From: a virus
Taxonomy: Duplodnaviria > Caudoviricetes
Direction: 5' to 3' (one strand)
Virus record (IMG/VR): IMGVR_UViG_3300044638_005822
Coordinates: 1-59,808 of that record
Length of the DNA: 59,808 nt
The translations under genes were made by a program, and so were the position numbers. The notes beneath the pieces are model-generated. The model worked only from the letters and a program-made list of their open reading frames with translations, was not told the DNA's origin and did not search any database. Shown piece after piece: positions 36,464 through 45,305 of the stretch. The stretch's first letter is position 1. Each line of letters starts with the position of its first letter.

Positions 36464-36491
36464 AGATTAACGATACGCCGAGACATCGCAA
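36464..36491 (-). promoter_or_regulatory. Sigma70-like promoter for the repeat/RAMP locus
   Basis: TTGCGA-N16-TAATCT with an A-tract upstream; the 14-mer ATCGCAAGAACTTT recurs at 37438-37451. Confidence 0.5.
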
Positions 36492-36534
36492 GAACTTTTT
36501 TCGGATTTTTTGAGCGGTCTGGCAGTGGTCTGCG

Positions 36535-37299
36535 TCAAGGCGAAGTTTTCGCCAACCTGGCTGCGTACGTGGCGATCCAGTCGTACACCGGCTTTCCCTT
36601 GATGAGCCAACCCGATCTCTCCATCACCGCGAAGAAGTTGCCGTCATAATCAGGATTCGGCTCTATGCCGTGATGTTCAAGCGTCTCGTGCATCGCTTCC
36701 TCCGAAGTCGGATACGGATGCAACGGCTTTTTTTCTCCGAAAAACGACTGGTGCTTTGCAAAAGCACCCTTTTCTTTCTTTGAAGTCTCAGAAGAAGTCT
36801 CAGAGGAAGTCTTAGGTATTGTTCCGTCCTTTTGGTTCGATGGTCGCGCCTTTTGGTTCTCTCGTCGGTCCTTTTTGCCACATGTCCTTTGGGAGAGCCA
36901 TTTGTTCACCGCTTCAGGGTAGAACAAAAAGTGCCTCGTGTTGTCGAACTTGTAGCGGGTGTTTGGGTTACGATGCACAGAGATAAACCCCATTTCGGTG
37001 AGCCTCAGAATCGCTTCGCGGATGCTCCGTTTATTGTAGAGTGCCATGATGCCGGAGTGCAGTTCCTCGGCAGTGTGGAACTGGTAAAGGCTCGCGTCTT
37101 GGGTTCCGTTGTCGCCGTGACTCACCGCAACCGCGTTGGCTTGCCGCGCCTTCTCCCGCATTCCGAGTTTTACGTCATGCCAATACTCGAAAAAAGACAG
37201 CAGGGCGGCGGCGCAAGTGGTTCCGGTCGCCTCGATTTGCCACTGTCGAATGATCAGCAGGGATTCGCTTGCGGGATGTTGGATGCAGGATGATTTCAT
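36535..37299 (-). CDS. Replication-initiator-like winged-helix protein
   Basis: AAALLSFFEYW...YQFHTAEELH...KRSIREAILRLTEMGFI, KTSSETSSETS linker; ATG 37299 preferred as start. Confidence 0.55.
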   Translation of the reverse strand: MKSSCIQHPASESLLIIRQWQIEATGTTCAAALLSFFEYWHDVKLGMREKARQANAVAVSHGDNGTQDASLYQFHTAEELHSGIMALYNKRSIREAILRLTEMGFISVHRNPNTRYKFDNTRHFLFYPEAVNKWLSQRTCGKKDRRENQKARPSNQKDGTIPKTSSETSSETSKKEKGAFAKHQSFFGEKKPLHPYPTSEEAMHETLEHHGIEPNPDYDGNFFAVMERSGWLIKGKPVYDWIATYAARLAKTSP

Positions 37300-37492
37300 G
37301 GATAAAAGTCGCCCCGCTTGCGTTCCTCCCGGCTCGAATGAGCACGGCACAAGCGGGGCGTAGAAAAGTTGATTCACCGGAGGAAACCGGCGCGTCACCG
37401 CAATGGCGACGCACGGACTTTGGCGAATTTCCAAGAAATCGCAAGAACTTTCTTCGTGACTTTTCACGCTTTTCACGTAAAAAGTCCCCCTC

Positions 37493-38947
37493 ATGCCGCC
37501 GCCACAACAGCAATTCCCCGTGCCGAACAAGTTGTTCTTGGCGGCGTATCCGACTCCGAACAACAGCGACTTCTACCTCTACCGGCACGAGGACACGCGG
37601 AACATCGGCTACGTCTCCCCGATTCACGGCGACCCTGTTCCAGAGGCGGACAGGGTGAAGTATCCGAACCACTTTTGCACGAAAATTGTCCCCAACGCGC
37701 AGGCGGGGGACGGCTGGGTGACGGTGATCTACGCCAGCAAGCTCGCCCCGCAGGACGACGACAACTACGACATTGATTACCCGGAGGGCGTGAACGCCTT
37801 CCCGACGATCACCCGCACCTACATCTACCTCCGCAGCGAATATGCCGAGAGCGGCCCGCTGGCGGTCGGCACGGCTGATCCCGGCTTGCTGCCAGACGGC
37901 ACAGCGCAGTTCCCTGACGCCATTCTGAGCGAAGCCGAGAAGATGGTCGAGGGCACCGGCGATCCGCTCATTGACAGCCTGTTCGTCAAGGTCGTCAGGA
38001 AATTCCAGCGCATTCCGAACCTTGCCGACGCGGGAGACCTCGCCGCGGCAAAGACGTTTGGCTACAAGGTGGAGTATCCGTATGGCGACACAGGCTATCC
38101 GCGCGTCACTTGGACGATCCCGTGCACGTCGGAAACCCCCGCTGCGTTTGGCGCGGCTTGCCCCATCGCGGGGTACACGTCGCTCGAACTCATCGATCAG
38201 CAATACGTGAACGCGAAAGGAGTGGTGATCGGAGCGTCGCGGATTTACGAAAAGGTTCCCGGCGTGGCGATCACCAGCTACGACATTGACGGGGAAACAC
38301 TCACTGATGTTTCGATCACAAAGCAGCTCGTCGAAAACCCCGGCGCGGACTACCCGCAAGTGGCCGGATCGGAGATCGTCTATCGCGCGCTATCGGCTGC
38401 ATACGGCCACAAAATCACGACCACGCTGCTGAACTTCGCTGGCATCTCCATCACGAAGCAAAGCACAATTCAAATCCGCTATCCGTCCGTGGTGACAGGC
38501 TCCCCGACGCTAAGTTCCTTAGCGGGCAATGACGGCGCGGTGGTCGTGGCTCTGAACTGGCCGATTGTCGCGGGAGGCTCGCGGCAGGCCAACGCCACGA
38601 CGACGTTCTCCTACGGGGCTGCGCCAAGCCAAGACTCTACGAACGCCTACTTCACGCCGGAAACGAAAGACCTAGTGTTCAGCGGCCTGTTCTACAACAT
38701 CAACTTGCGCGGCGTAGCGGTGGTAGGTGATATAGTCGGCCCTCCCAATTACATAAAGGTGCCGGATTTCAACACCGCAAGCAACAATCCGAAGTGGGGC
38801 TACTACGGAGTCGTCGGCCCGATATGGACAGGGACGAGCGGCGCGAGCGCGTTCCTGTCCGCGGTGTCCGGTATCGTGTTTTCCTGCGACATCCAGAACT
38901 GGAAATACAACCTGCGTCGAAAAGCCCTCACAACCGTCACCGGATAA
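37493..38947 (+). CDS. Probable tail structural protein
   Basis: 484 aa beta-rich; shares an upstream 18-bp motif with terL. Confidence 0.55.
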   Translation: MPPPQQQFPVPNKLFLAAYPTPNNSDFYLYRHEDTRNIGYVSPIHGDPVPEADRVKYPNHFCTKIVPNAQAGDGWVTVIYASKLAPQDDDNYDIDYPEGVNAFPTITRTYIYLRSEYAESGPLAVGTADPGLLPDGTAQFPDAILSEAEKMVEGTGDPLIDSLFVKVVRKFQRIPNLADAGDLAAAKTFGYKVEYPYGDTGYPRVTWTIPCTSETPAAFGAACPIAGYTSLELIDQQYVNAKGVVIGASRIYEKVPGVAITSYDIDGETLTDVSITKQLVENPGADYPQVAGSEIVYRALSAAYGHKITTTLLNFAGISITKQSTIQIRYPSVVTGSPTLSSLAGNDGAVVVALNWPIVAGGSRQANATTTFSYGAAPSQDSTNAYFTPETKDLVFSGLFYNINLRGVAVVGDIVGPPNYIKVPDFNTASNNPKWGYYGVVGPIWTGTSGASAFLSAVSGIVFSCDIQNWKYNLRRKALTTVTG

Positions 38948-40920
38948 TGCCTGAATCGCCTGACATCCCAGAGAACATCACCGCGAAAATCCGCTCGGTG
39001 ATACCGTATTCGCTGCCTTCGCAGGAGCAATCGCTGCCCGGCCAACAGGCAGATCCAGACCGGAACGAGCCGATGCCGTATCAGCGCCCCGAGGGGCTGC
39101 TGCCAATCCCCGGCCCAAACACCGAGCGCGGCTTTGCCGTGACGCCCGTTCCAAAGAGCACTTCGGGCACCATCGGCAGCTTCGTGGGTCAAGTCTCGGT
39201 GTCCCCGGACACGCTGCTGAACGGCTTCCCGGACGACATGGACGGGCAGACGCCGAAGATTCTCAGCGTCAGCGACGCGACGGAGATTTACGCACACGCC
39301 ACGGTGGACGGGGCCGGCGTGGTGACTGCGAGGGTCGTCGCCGCGGGTGCCTCGGTGCCGGACGACGATCCGGAGTCGGGGGATTTCTATTGGCACTTGG
39401 CGAGCGTGACGATGGCGACCGATGGCGCGGATAACGTGCCCGTGATCACCGTGGATCAACACCGATGGGGGCCGATTGAGGAATTGCAGCGATACTACCG
39501 GGAGTTCCACATTCAGCCATCCGGCGCATATCGCGCGGTGGTGTACAACGGCACGCTTTTCGGCAGCCTGCCGACCGGGTTCTCGGTGGACAATAACCCG
39601 TTCTTCGAGCTGACCGGACTCGCGAGCGGGGATAAAATCTACGCCAAGGTGACCTACGATGGACGCGTGCCCGCTAACGGGGGCGATTCCATCACCGCTC
39701 GCACCATCGCAGCGGCGGCGGCGGTGCCGACAAACAACTACCTCACCGGGAGTCGGCACTTCCTGCTCGCCACCGTCACTGGACTGGACGGAGATAACGT
39801 CCCGATCATCAGCCAGACGCGATGGGGGCCGATTGACACGCTTCGCGGGACTGCGACCTCCCCATACTACATGCCGCCATCCGGCGGGGACGCGACGACG
39901 CAGACTGACTACTGGGATCTGACTTCTACCACAAAAGGGGCGGACACCAATGGAGACAACCTTAGACCGACCTATGATTCCTTGGAGCTTTATACCGGGT
40001 CTGGATTTTCCCGCTTCGTAGAAGTCCAGGGTAATCTGAAAGCATACGTCCGAACGGCGGTGCTCAACTCAATGGGTCAGGTCACGTATGTCGGGCCGGA
40101 ATCCGAGGGTGTGGATTTTTCGCCGCCTCGTCGGGAGTTCCACATCGAGCCGTCGAGTACTTACACCGTCAAGATTTTCAACGGCACGCTGTTCGGAAGT
40201 CTGCCTACTGGCTTCTCGGTGAATGACAGCCCGTTCAAAACGCTGACCGTCGCGAACAACGATAAAATCTACGCGAAGGTGACGTGGAACAGGACGCTAA
40301 ATGTCACTGGCGACATCGTGAGCACGATCACGACGCGCACCATTGAAGCGGCGGCAGCGGTGCCAGCAAACGACCCGCAAGCCGGGACGCGGCACTACCA
40401 ACTCGCGACCGTCACGGTGGACGGCGGGGGAGTCGTGACCGTCAGTCAAACCAGGTGGGGGCCGATTGACGACTTGCCGGGAACCGCGCTGTATAACTAC
40501 TCGATGAACAGTGCCAGCACGACCGCACAGACGGACTACTGGGATCTACTTGCGACAGGCAAGGGAAAACAGGCGGGTGGCGTCACCGACCTCGCGCCGA
40601 CTTACGACTCCGTTCAAGTTGCTGGTTATGGCGGGTGGGCGCGATTTATTCAGGATGGCACCAACCTCAAGATTTTCGCTCGCGGAACTACAATGAACTC
40701 CGTCGGGCAGATTACTTATATCGGGCCTGAATATGTAGCATTTAACAGGCCCGTTGTCTGCGAGACTACCGTGGACGTGCTCGTGGGGCTGCGGCTGAAC
40801 GGCACTGAGTTGCAAGGGCAGTACAGAACGATCACGGTGAACGCTGTGGCAACACCTTCCCCTGAGTGGGTGAAGCTGATCGACCTGACAACCTCTGGAA
40901 CGACGATAGATGTCTCGTAG
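38947..40920 (+). CDS. Tail fibre-like protein with internal tandem modules
   Basis: TAATG coupling; REFHI-PS...NGTLFGSLPTGFSV...DKIYAKVT...QTRWGPID occurs twice, a third RWGPI half-module upstream. Confidence 0.6.
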   Translation: MPESPDIPENITAKIRSVIPYSLPSQEQSLPGQQADPDRNEPMPYQRPEGLLPIPGPNTERGFAVTPVPKSTSGTIGSFVGQVSVSPDTLLNGFPDDMDGQTPKILSVSDATEIYAHATVDGAGVVTARVVAAGASVPDDDPESGDFYWHLASVTMATDGADNVPVITVDQHRWGPIEELQRYYREFHIQPSGAYRAVVYNGTLFGSLPTGFSVDNNPFFELTGLASGDKIYAKVTYDGRVPANGGDSITARTIAAAAAVPTNNYLTGSRHFLLATVTGLDGDNVPIISQTRWGPIDTLRGTATSPYYMPPSGGDATTQTDYWDLTSTTKGADTNGDNLRPTYDSLELYTGSGFSRFVEVQGNLKAYVRTAVLNSMGQVTYVGPESEGVDFSPPRREFHIEPSSTYTVKIFNGTLFGSLPTGFSVNDSPFKTLTVANNDKIYAKVTWNRTLNVTGDIVSTITTRTIEAAAAVPANDPQAGTRHYQLATVTVDGGGVVTVSQTRWGPIDDLPGTALYNYSMNSASTTAQTDYWDLLATGKGKQAGGVTDLAPTYDSVQVAGYGGWARFIQDGTNLKIFARGTTMNSVGQITYIGPEYVAFNRPVVCETTVDVLVGLRLNGTELQGQYRTITVNAVATPSPEWVKLIDLTTSGTTIDVS

Positions 40921-40954
40921 GTGATTCCGCCCGCCCCGTAGGCGCGCATCGCAG

Positions 40955-41224
40955 TCAGCTCGGCGTGTAGGTGATCCGCTTCGCAGCCGCGAACGAGTTT
41001 TTCCAGACCGGCAGACGCTCCGGCACGATGGCAATCTGCTCCTTTTGCGATGCGCCTTTCAGGTATTGCAGCGTTTTCCAAGTGTCGTCGTCGATCTCCT
41101 TTCCGATCAATCCGGTCAGCCATCCCTTTTGCGCCCTCGTCACCCCCAAAAGAGTCAGTTGCGCCGAGTTAAAGCCGATTCCGTTTTTTCCAATGGAGTG
41201 AAGGTTTTCGCGTGTCAGGATCAT
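40955..41224 (-). CDS. Hypothetical protein
   Basis: 89 aa ATG ORF with plausible composition. Confidence 0.55.
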   Translation of the reverse strand: MILTRENLHSIGKNGIGFNSAQLTLLGVTRAQKGWLTGLIGKEIDDDTWKTLQYLKGASQKEQIAIVPERLPVWKNSFAAAKRITYTPS

Positions 41225-41304
41225 TCAGTCCATTTCCACCCACCCCGCACGCTGGCAAGCGAAATGTCGTTGACGGGACGCTCCAAACCGCGAAACGTCA
41301 CGCC

Positions 41305-41493
41305 ATGAACTCCCTGCAACGCTTCATCGCCGACAACAACCTCGACGGCAACGCCGTGCTGTCCTGGCTGCAAACCGCCATCCCGAACCAGCCTGTGTCG
41401 GACATCTGCCAAACCCCCGCCGACGTGTGCGAAAGCGACGCCGTTCGCGCTGTGGCCGTGATGATGGAGCACAAGCGCAGGAGGGCGAAGTGA
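41305..41493 (+). CDS. Hypothetical protein
   Basis: MNSLQRFIADNN; GTGA-coupled to next gene. Confidence 0.5.
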   Translation: MNSLQRFIADNNLDGNAVLSWLQTAIPNQPVSDICQTPADVCESDAVRAVAVMMEHKRRRAK

Positions 41494-41720
41494 GCACGTT
41501 CAGGGAGAGGCTGGACAAGATGGTGAGTCTCGAAGCCGGAAAGACGGACATGAAAGCCATCTGCTTTGAACTCGCTCTTGCGTTGATGGAATGCAGTCAC
41601 GCCCGCGCTGCGATGCGAATCGGAATGGCGAAGATCGCTGAAGTGGATGCGTACGCGCTCGCCCTCGAACTCGCCAGCGAGACCATAAACGCCGTAGTGA
41701 CGAAAGAGAGAGCGCCGTGA
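41490..41720 (+). CDS. Hypothetical protein
   Basis: GTGA overlaps at both ends. Confidence 0.5.
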   Translation: MSTFRERLDKMVSLEAGKTDMKAICFELALALMECSHARAAMRIGMAKIAEVDAYALALELASETINAVVTKERAP

Positions 41721-41803
41721 GACGTTCGCCGCTGCGCCGTGTCAGCACCAAGCAGTCCGCCCGGCTCCGCATCTACGCCAAGCTGCGCACCGAATACACA
41801 TGA
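41717..41803 (+). pseudogene. 5' remnant of a small phage HNH-type gene; 3' remnant at 42514-42558
   Basis: MRRSPLRRVSTKQSARLRIYAKLRTEYT* and HRHPAQARAMGLLK* resemble the two ends of a common small phage protein. Confidence 0.5.
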
Positions 41804-41869
41804 ACATCCATCGCTCGCTTGCGCTCGTAATTTTCTGACTTGACTACAAGCCGCTTGTGCATAAATTCT

Positions 41870-42052
41870 ATGAATGAATCAAAAACTATTTCACGATACT
41901 TGGCAAAAATTGGTGCGCGAGGCGGGATGTCTGGAACTGGCGATTCAAAGCGCCGTCCAAAAGAGCACTATCGGAAGGCCGCTCGCGCAAGATGGAGCAA
42001 AGCGATCAAAGAAAGTCAGCCGGTGCCGAAGCCCAGAGCAAGTGCTTTCTGA
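41870..42052 (+). CDS. Small basic protein (G-x-RGG type)
   Basis: YLAKIGARGGMSGTGDSKRRPKEHYRKAARARW; preceded by TTGACT...TAAATT. Confidence 0.55.
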   Translation: MNESKTISRYLAKIGARGGMSGTGDSKRRPKEHYRKAARARWSKAIKESQPVPKPRASAF

Positions 42053-42563
42053 TTTCTGGAAGCGGGTGGACATCCGAGGGACGGGCGAGTGCTGGATCTG
42101 GAAAGCCGGAAAAAACGGGAAAGCAGCATCAAGTCAATACGGCGTGATGTGGATCGGTTCAAAACGACACAAAACACACCGTTTTGTTACTGCGATCTCT
42201 CACGGCGAAATAGACAACAAAAACCGATTCGCGCTCCATAGGTGTGACAATCCACCGTGCTGTAACCCTCACCATCTTTATATCGGAACACCCAAGCAAA
42301 ACTCAGCCGACTGCAAGAATAGAGGAAGGCTTAATTGCGACCGCGGGTCAGATCGCTATTGCGCAAAGCTGAATGAGGCTCAGGTCGCTAGAATCAAAGC
42401 AGAAGCGCCATTCCGCCTGCGCGGATGGGGAAGAATGATCGCCAGAGAATTTGGAGTTGGATTCTCTGCCGTAAATAACATCGTAATGGGTCGCAGATGG
42501 AAGCACATCCAGCCACCGCCACCCCGCACAGGCGCGGGCGATGGGGCTGCTGAAATAAGTTGA
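41874..42563 (+). CDS. HNH_3-type homing endonuclease (true start uncertain, probably near 42040)
   Basis: FWKRVD...ECWIW...YG...THR...ALHRCDNPPCCNPHHLYIGTPKQNSAD, AKLNEAQV, IAREFGV. Confidence 0.85.
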   Translation: MNQKLFHDTWQKLVREAGCLELAIQSAVQKSTIGRPLAQDGAKRSKKVSRCRSPEQVLSDFWKRVDIRGTGECWIWKAGKNGKAASSQYGVMWIGSKRHKTHRFVTAISHGEIDNKNRFALHRCDNPPCCNPHHLYIGTPKQNSADCKNRGRLNCDRGSDRYCAKLNEAQVARIKAEAPFRLRGWGRMIAREFGVGFSAVNNIVMGRRWKHIQPPPPRTGAGDGAAEIS

Positions 42564-42707
42564 CGGGGATTACTGGGGAGGTATGGTCGCGGTGCCGTGA
42601 ACAACGGCGGCTGCGTTGAAACAGTCAACCCAAGACAACTTTGCCCGCCTCGTGCCGCAGTCATTCGACTCGGTTTCAACCACGGGGCGGGCTACCCTTG
42701 CCGAAAT

Positions 42708-43196
42708 ATGAGCGCAACCAACCGCGGAGCGATCCGCCGAGAATCAGACTTCTACGCCACGCCGCTGTCGGCCTTCACCCCGCTACTGCCGTATCTGGAC
42801 AAGGCAGCGCATCACTGGGAACCAGCCTGCGGCGACGGACGCCTCGTTGACTCCATGAGGCAGCACGACATCGAGTGCGACGGAACCGACCTGAACAGCG
42901 GACACAACTTCCTCGAATCCACCAGACAGGTGCCCGTCATCATCACAAACCCTCCGTACAGCCTCGCCTTCGAGTTCTGCGTCAAAGCCGTCACGCTCGC
43001 ACCCGAGGTCTGGATGCTTCTCCGGCTGAACTTCCTCGCCAGCCAAAAACGGCGAACGTGGTTTATCGGAAACGAGCCGTCCGCCCTGTTCGTGCTCAGT
43101 CACCGCCCGTGCTTCACCGACGACGGCAAAACCGACGCGACAGATTATGGGTGGTATTTTTGGGGATCTCGGCACAAGGGCATCATCCACCTTTGA
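42708..43196 (+). CDS. Amino (N6-adenine) DNA methyltransferase, small phage type
   Basis: DFYATP, WEPACGDG (SAM binding), IITNPPY (catalytic). Confidence 0.85.
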   Translation: MSATNRGAIRRESDFYATPLSAFTPLLPYLDKAAHHWEPACGDGRLVDSMRQHDIECDGTDLNSGHNFLESTRQVPVIITNPPYSLAFEFCVKAVTLAPEVWMLLRLNFLASQKRRTWFIGNEPSALFVLSHRPCFTDDGKTDATDYGWYFWGSRHKGIIHL

Positions 43197-43200
43197 ACCG

Positions 43201-43518
43201 ATGAAGCTCCAACCCGAACTCCTGCTGGTCGAGCCGATCCCGCTCATCCCGCTCCGCATCCTCCTGTTTCTGTTTTCCGTCTCATCCGGCGGCGGTGAAT
43301 GCACGCCCGGCAACGCAGCCATCATGCGCGCTGTCGGGATCAGCAAGAACACCCTCACCAAATGGATGCGATGGCTCAAGAAGCGGGGCTGGATATTCCG
43401 AGTCGCCAGAACACAAACCGGAAACCAGCGCATCTACATCCGTGTTCCACACCGCCTCAGACCAGCAAAACCAGCCTCCGTTGTAGCCACAACCGAGGCT
43501 CAATTCAAGGTCGTTTAG
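43201..43518 (+). CDS. Winged HTH protein
   Basis: PGNAAIMRAVGISKNTLTKWMRWLKKRGWI. Confidence 0.65.
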   Translation: MKLQPELLLVEPIPLIPLRILLFLFSVSSGGGECTPGNAAIMRAVGISKNTLTKWMRWLKKRGWIFRVARTQTGNQRIYIRVPHRLRPAKPASVVATTEAQFKVV

Positions 43519-43725
43519 GGCATTCCCGATTCCCAACAGGGGGGCGACATCGGGATTCCCAAGGGGATGGAGTAAACTGGGACATCGGGAATCGCTCCCA
43601 ACAGGTTCAAACGCCCCTTGGCTCAAAGAAAATCCCTCGCGCGGATTCTTCCTCACTTTTTACGGTTCTTCCGTGGTCTGGTCGGTGGCTTCGCGGTTTG
43701 GTGTCTGAGCCGTACCAGCCAGCAA

Positions 43726-44328
43726 TGTTCCACAGCGCGCGTACGGTACGCCTCACCAATGCCTCACCAGCCCACGTACGCCCCCGATACACCCAAATAC
43801 CGCCAAAGGGCACGCCACGAGGCTGCCATGAAGCGGTACGGCCATGTACGGGCACGGAGGGCAAGGCTGGCACGGTACGGCCTTGGAGCGGCCACGGAGA
43901 TGCGCAGCCTTGGAGCGGCAAAGGTAAAGCCGAAAAGTCGCCAGAAATTTTTTGGAGGCGGGGTAGCTTATAGAACGCCATTACGCATTCGCCCCCACCT
44001 CCCCACCCTCCTCCCCTTCATCCATGCCAGCCAGCGCGTGCAGGCCGTACCGCTGGCCCACGCTGCTGCATATGGTGGCCCTTGTTGAGACTGGACACCA
44101 CAAGAGCAGCGCGAGCGTGTTCCACGGCGTGCGGTACGGCGGCTTGAACCTGTTGAGGGGCTTAACATCCTACAACAGCCAGCATGTAAAATGGATGTTC
44201 CACAGCGGGACGGGACGGAGCGGATGATATGCGACCACGGCGACATTGACAGTGCCGGAGTGGACGAGCGCGGGATGTTCCACAGTTCCACGTGGAACGT
44301 TCCACAGTGCAAGCTAGATGTTCCACAG
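43726..44328. repeat. Dispersed (T)GTTCCAC repeats with a parS-like palindrome
   Basis: Copies at 43726, 44118, 44196, 44276, 44299, 44319; GTTCCACGTGGAAC at 44285-44298. Confidence 0.75.
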
Positions 44329-44553
44329 CATCCCATTTCTAGCTATCTTCCGTAGCTGGCGAGACTTGCGCAGGCAATGCGGCACCGTTTGCCGTGCCGG
44401 CTCATCGCGTGCGCGGGAGTGATGTTGTTCGGTGCCGTGCGGCGACGGTGTGGCCTGGTTGTCGGTGTGGCGTGCTTTGCCCGTGCTTTGCCCGTGTACG
44501 CGAAAAACCCGGCGCGCGTGAGGCGTGCCGGGTTTTGTGGGTGCGGGCGTGCG

Positions 44554-44775
44554 CTAAAGTCCTAGCTTTGCGAGCATATCAGGGGCTTCCCGGAGCAGGT
44601 ATTTGCGCGCGTGGTGGCGTTCCTCATCCGGTGACAGGCGGGCCGTGCGGTTGCGCCGGCGAGCGTTGCGGGCGTCGTATAGCTCGCACATCGTAGCCGG
44701 ATCGCGGTTGATGCGCACGGCGGCGACGGCTTGCCACACGCGGGCGTTTGAAGCGCGGAGAAGCGCGACGCTCAC
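44554..44775 (-). CDS. Hypothetical protein
   Basis: GTGA-coupled to upstream gene. Confidence 0.45.
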   Translation of the reverse strand: MSVALLRASNARVWQAVAAVRINRDPATMCELYDARNARRRNRTARLSPDEERHHARKYLLREAPDMLAKLGL

Positions 44776-45218
44776 TTGTCCCCCTTTCCGGCGAGGGCGG
44801 CGAACGTGCGGGCGTAGGTTTCCAGCGCTGGCCCGGTCAATCTGGCGAGCTGCAAGGCGGCATCTGCGAGCATTCCGCGCAACGCGGCGATCTCCGCGGC
44901 GGGATCGCCCATGCCGGCGCACGCGTTGACGCAGGCGACGATCCGGCGGGCGTTGCTGTCCATCTCATCTCCGGTCCGTTTCGTGATACGTCCGGCGTCC
45001 GCGACGAGGTAACCGTCCGCGGCGTGGATAAGGCGGCACCCGTGTTGTGGGAGGTCCGCGCTATGATGCCACGGCTCCGGCGTGTGCTGGCTCGCGGGCC
45101 GCTCCACGATAGCGATCGCGTCCCCGCGCTCTATCGCGGCGGTGACGTGATGGCGGAGACGCATCAGTGGGTGCCCTGCATCGCGGGCCGCGTTGGTCTG
45201 TGTTGTGGATGTATTCAC
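44772..45218 (-). CDS. Hypothetical early protein
   Basis: HTPEPW...NARRIVACVNACAG, a motif typical of small phage proteins; TTGACA upstream. Confidence 0.7.
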   Translation of the reverse strand: MNTSTTQTNAARDAGHPLMRLRHHVTAAIERGDAIAIVERPASQHTPEPWHHSADLPQHGCRLIHAADGYLVADAGRITKRTGDEMDSNARRIVACVNACAGMGDPAAEIAALRGMLADAALQLARLTGPALETYARTFAALAGKGDK

Positions 45219-45230
45219 GAGCGGAGATTG

Positions 45231-45274
45231 GCGGATTCCGCGAGTGTTGTCAACGTCTATTTCGCGGAAATCGC
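45231..45274 (-). promoter_or_regulatory. Leftward promoter with two operator copies
   Basis: TTGACA at 45248-45253 flanked by GCGGATTCCGCG and inverted GCGATTTCCGCG. Confidence 0.6.
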
Positions 45275-45305
45275 ATTTTCTTTTTGCTGTGTAGTCGCGG
45301 CGTGA

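Noticed and set aside
35912-36491. ORFs 36016-36486, 36027-36491, 36101-36346 and 35912-36244
   Set aside because: R/G/A or P/R/A low-complexity translations arising from the stop-free 5-nt repeat; several frames are open and the period is not a multiple of 3
37300-37563. 5' extension of ORF 36535-37563
   Set aside because: Overlaps the divergent promoter region and the gene starting at 37493
39499-40740. Diversity-generating retroelement TR/VR pair
   Set aside because: Differences are not adenine-specific, both copies are coding, and no reverse transcriptase is in the window
41804-42513. Group I intron
   Set aside because: No P7-like core recognised and joining the flanks leaves a protein lacking its centre
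43851-43882. GGCAC GGAG GGCAA GGCT GGCAC GGTAC GGCC as a fifth guide unit
   Set aside because: Period broken twice, short, and lacking the leader and the GGGCGG hairpin
43299-44565. ORFs across the repeat-rich region
   Set aside because: Mutually overlapping, low-complexity, no motifs or translational coupling; treated as non-coding
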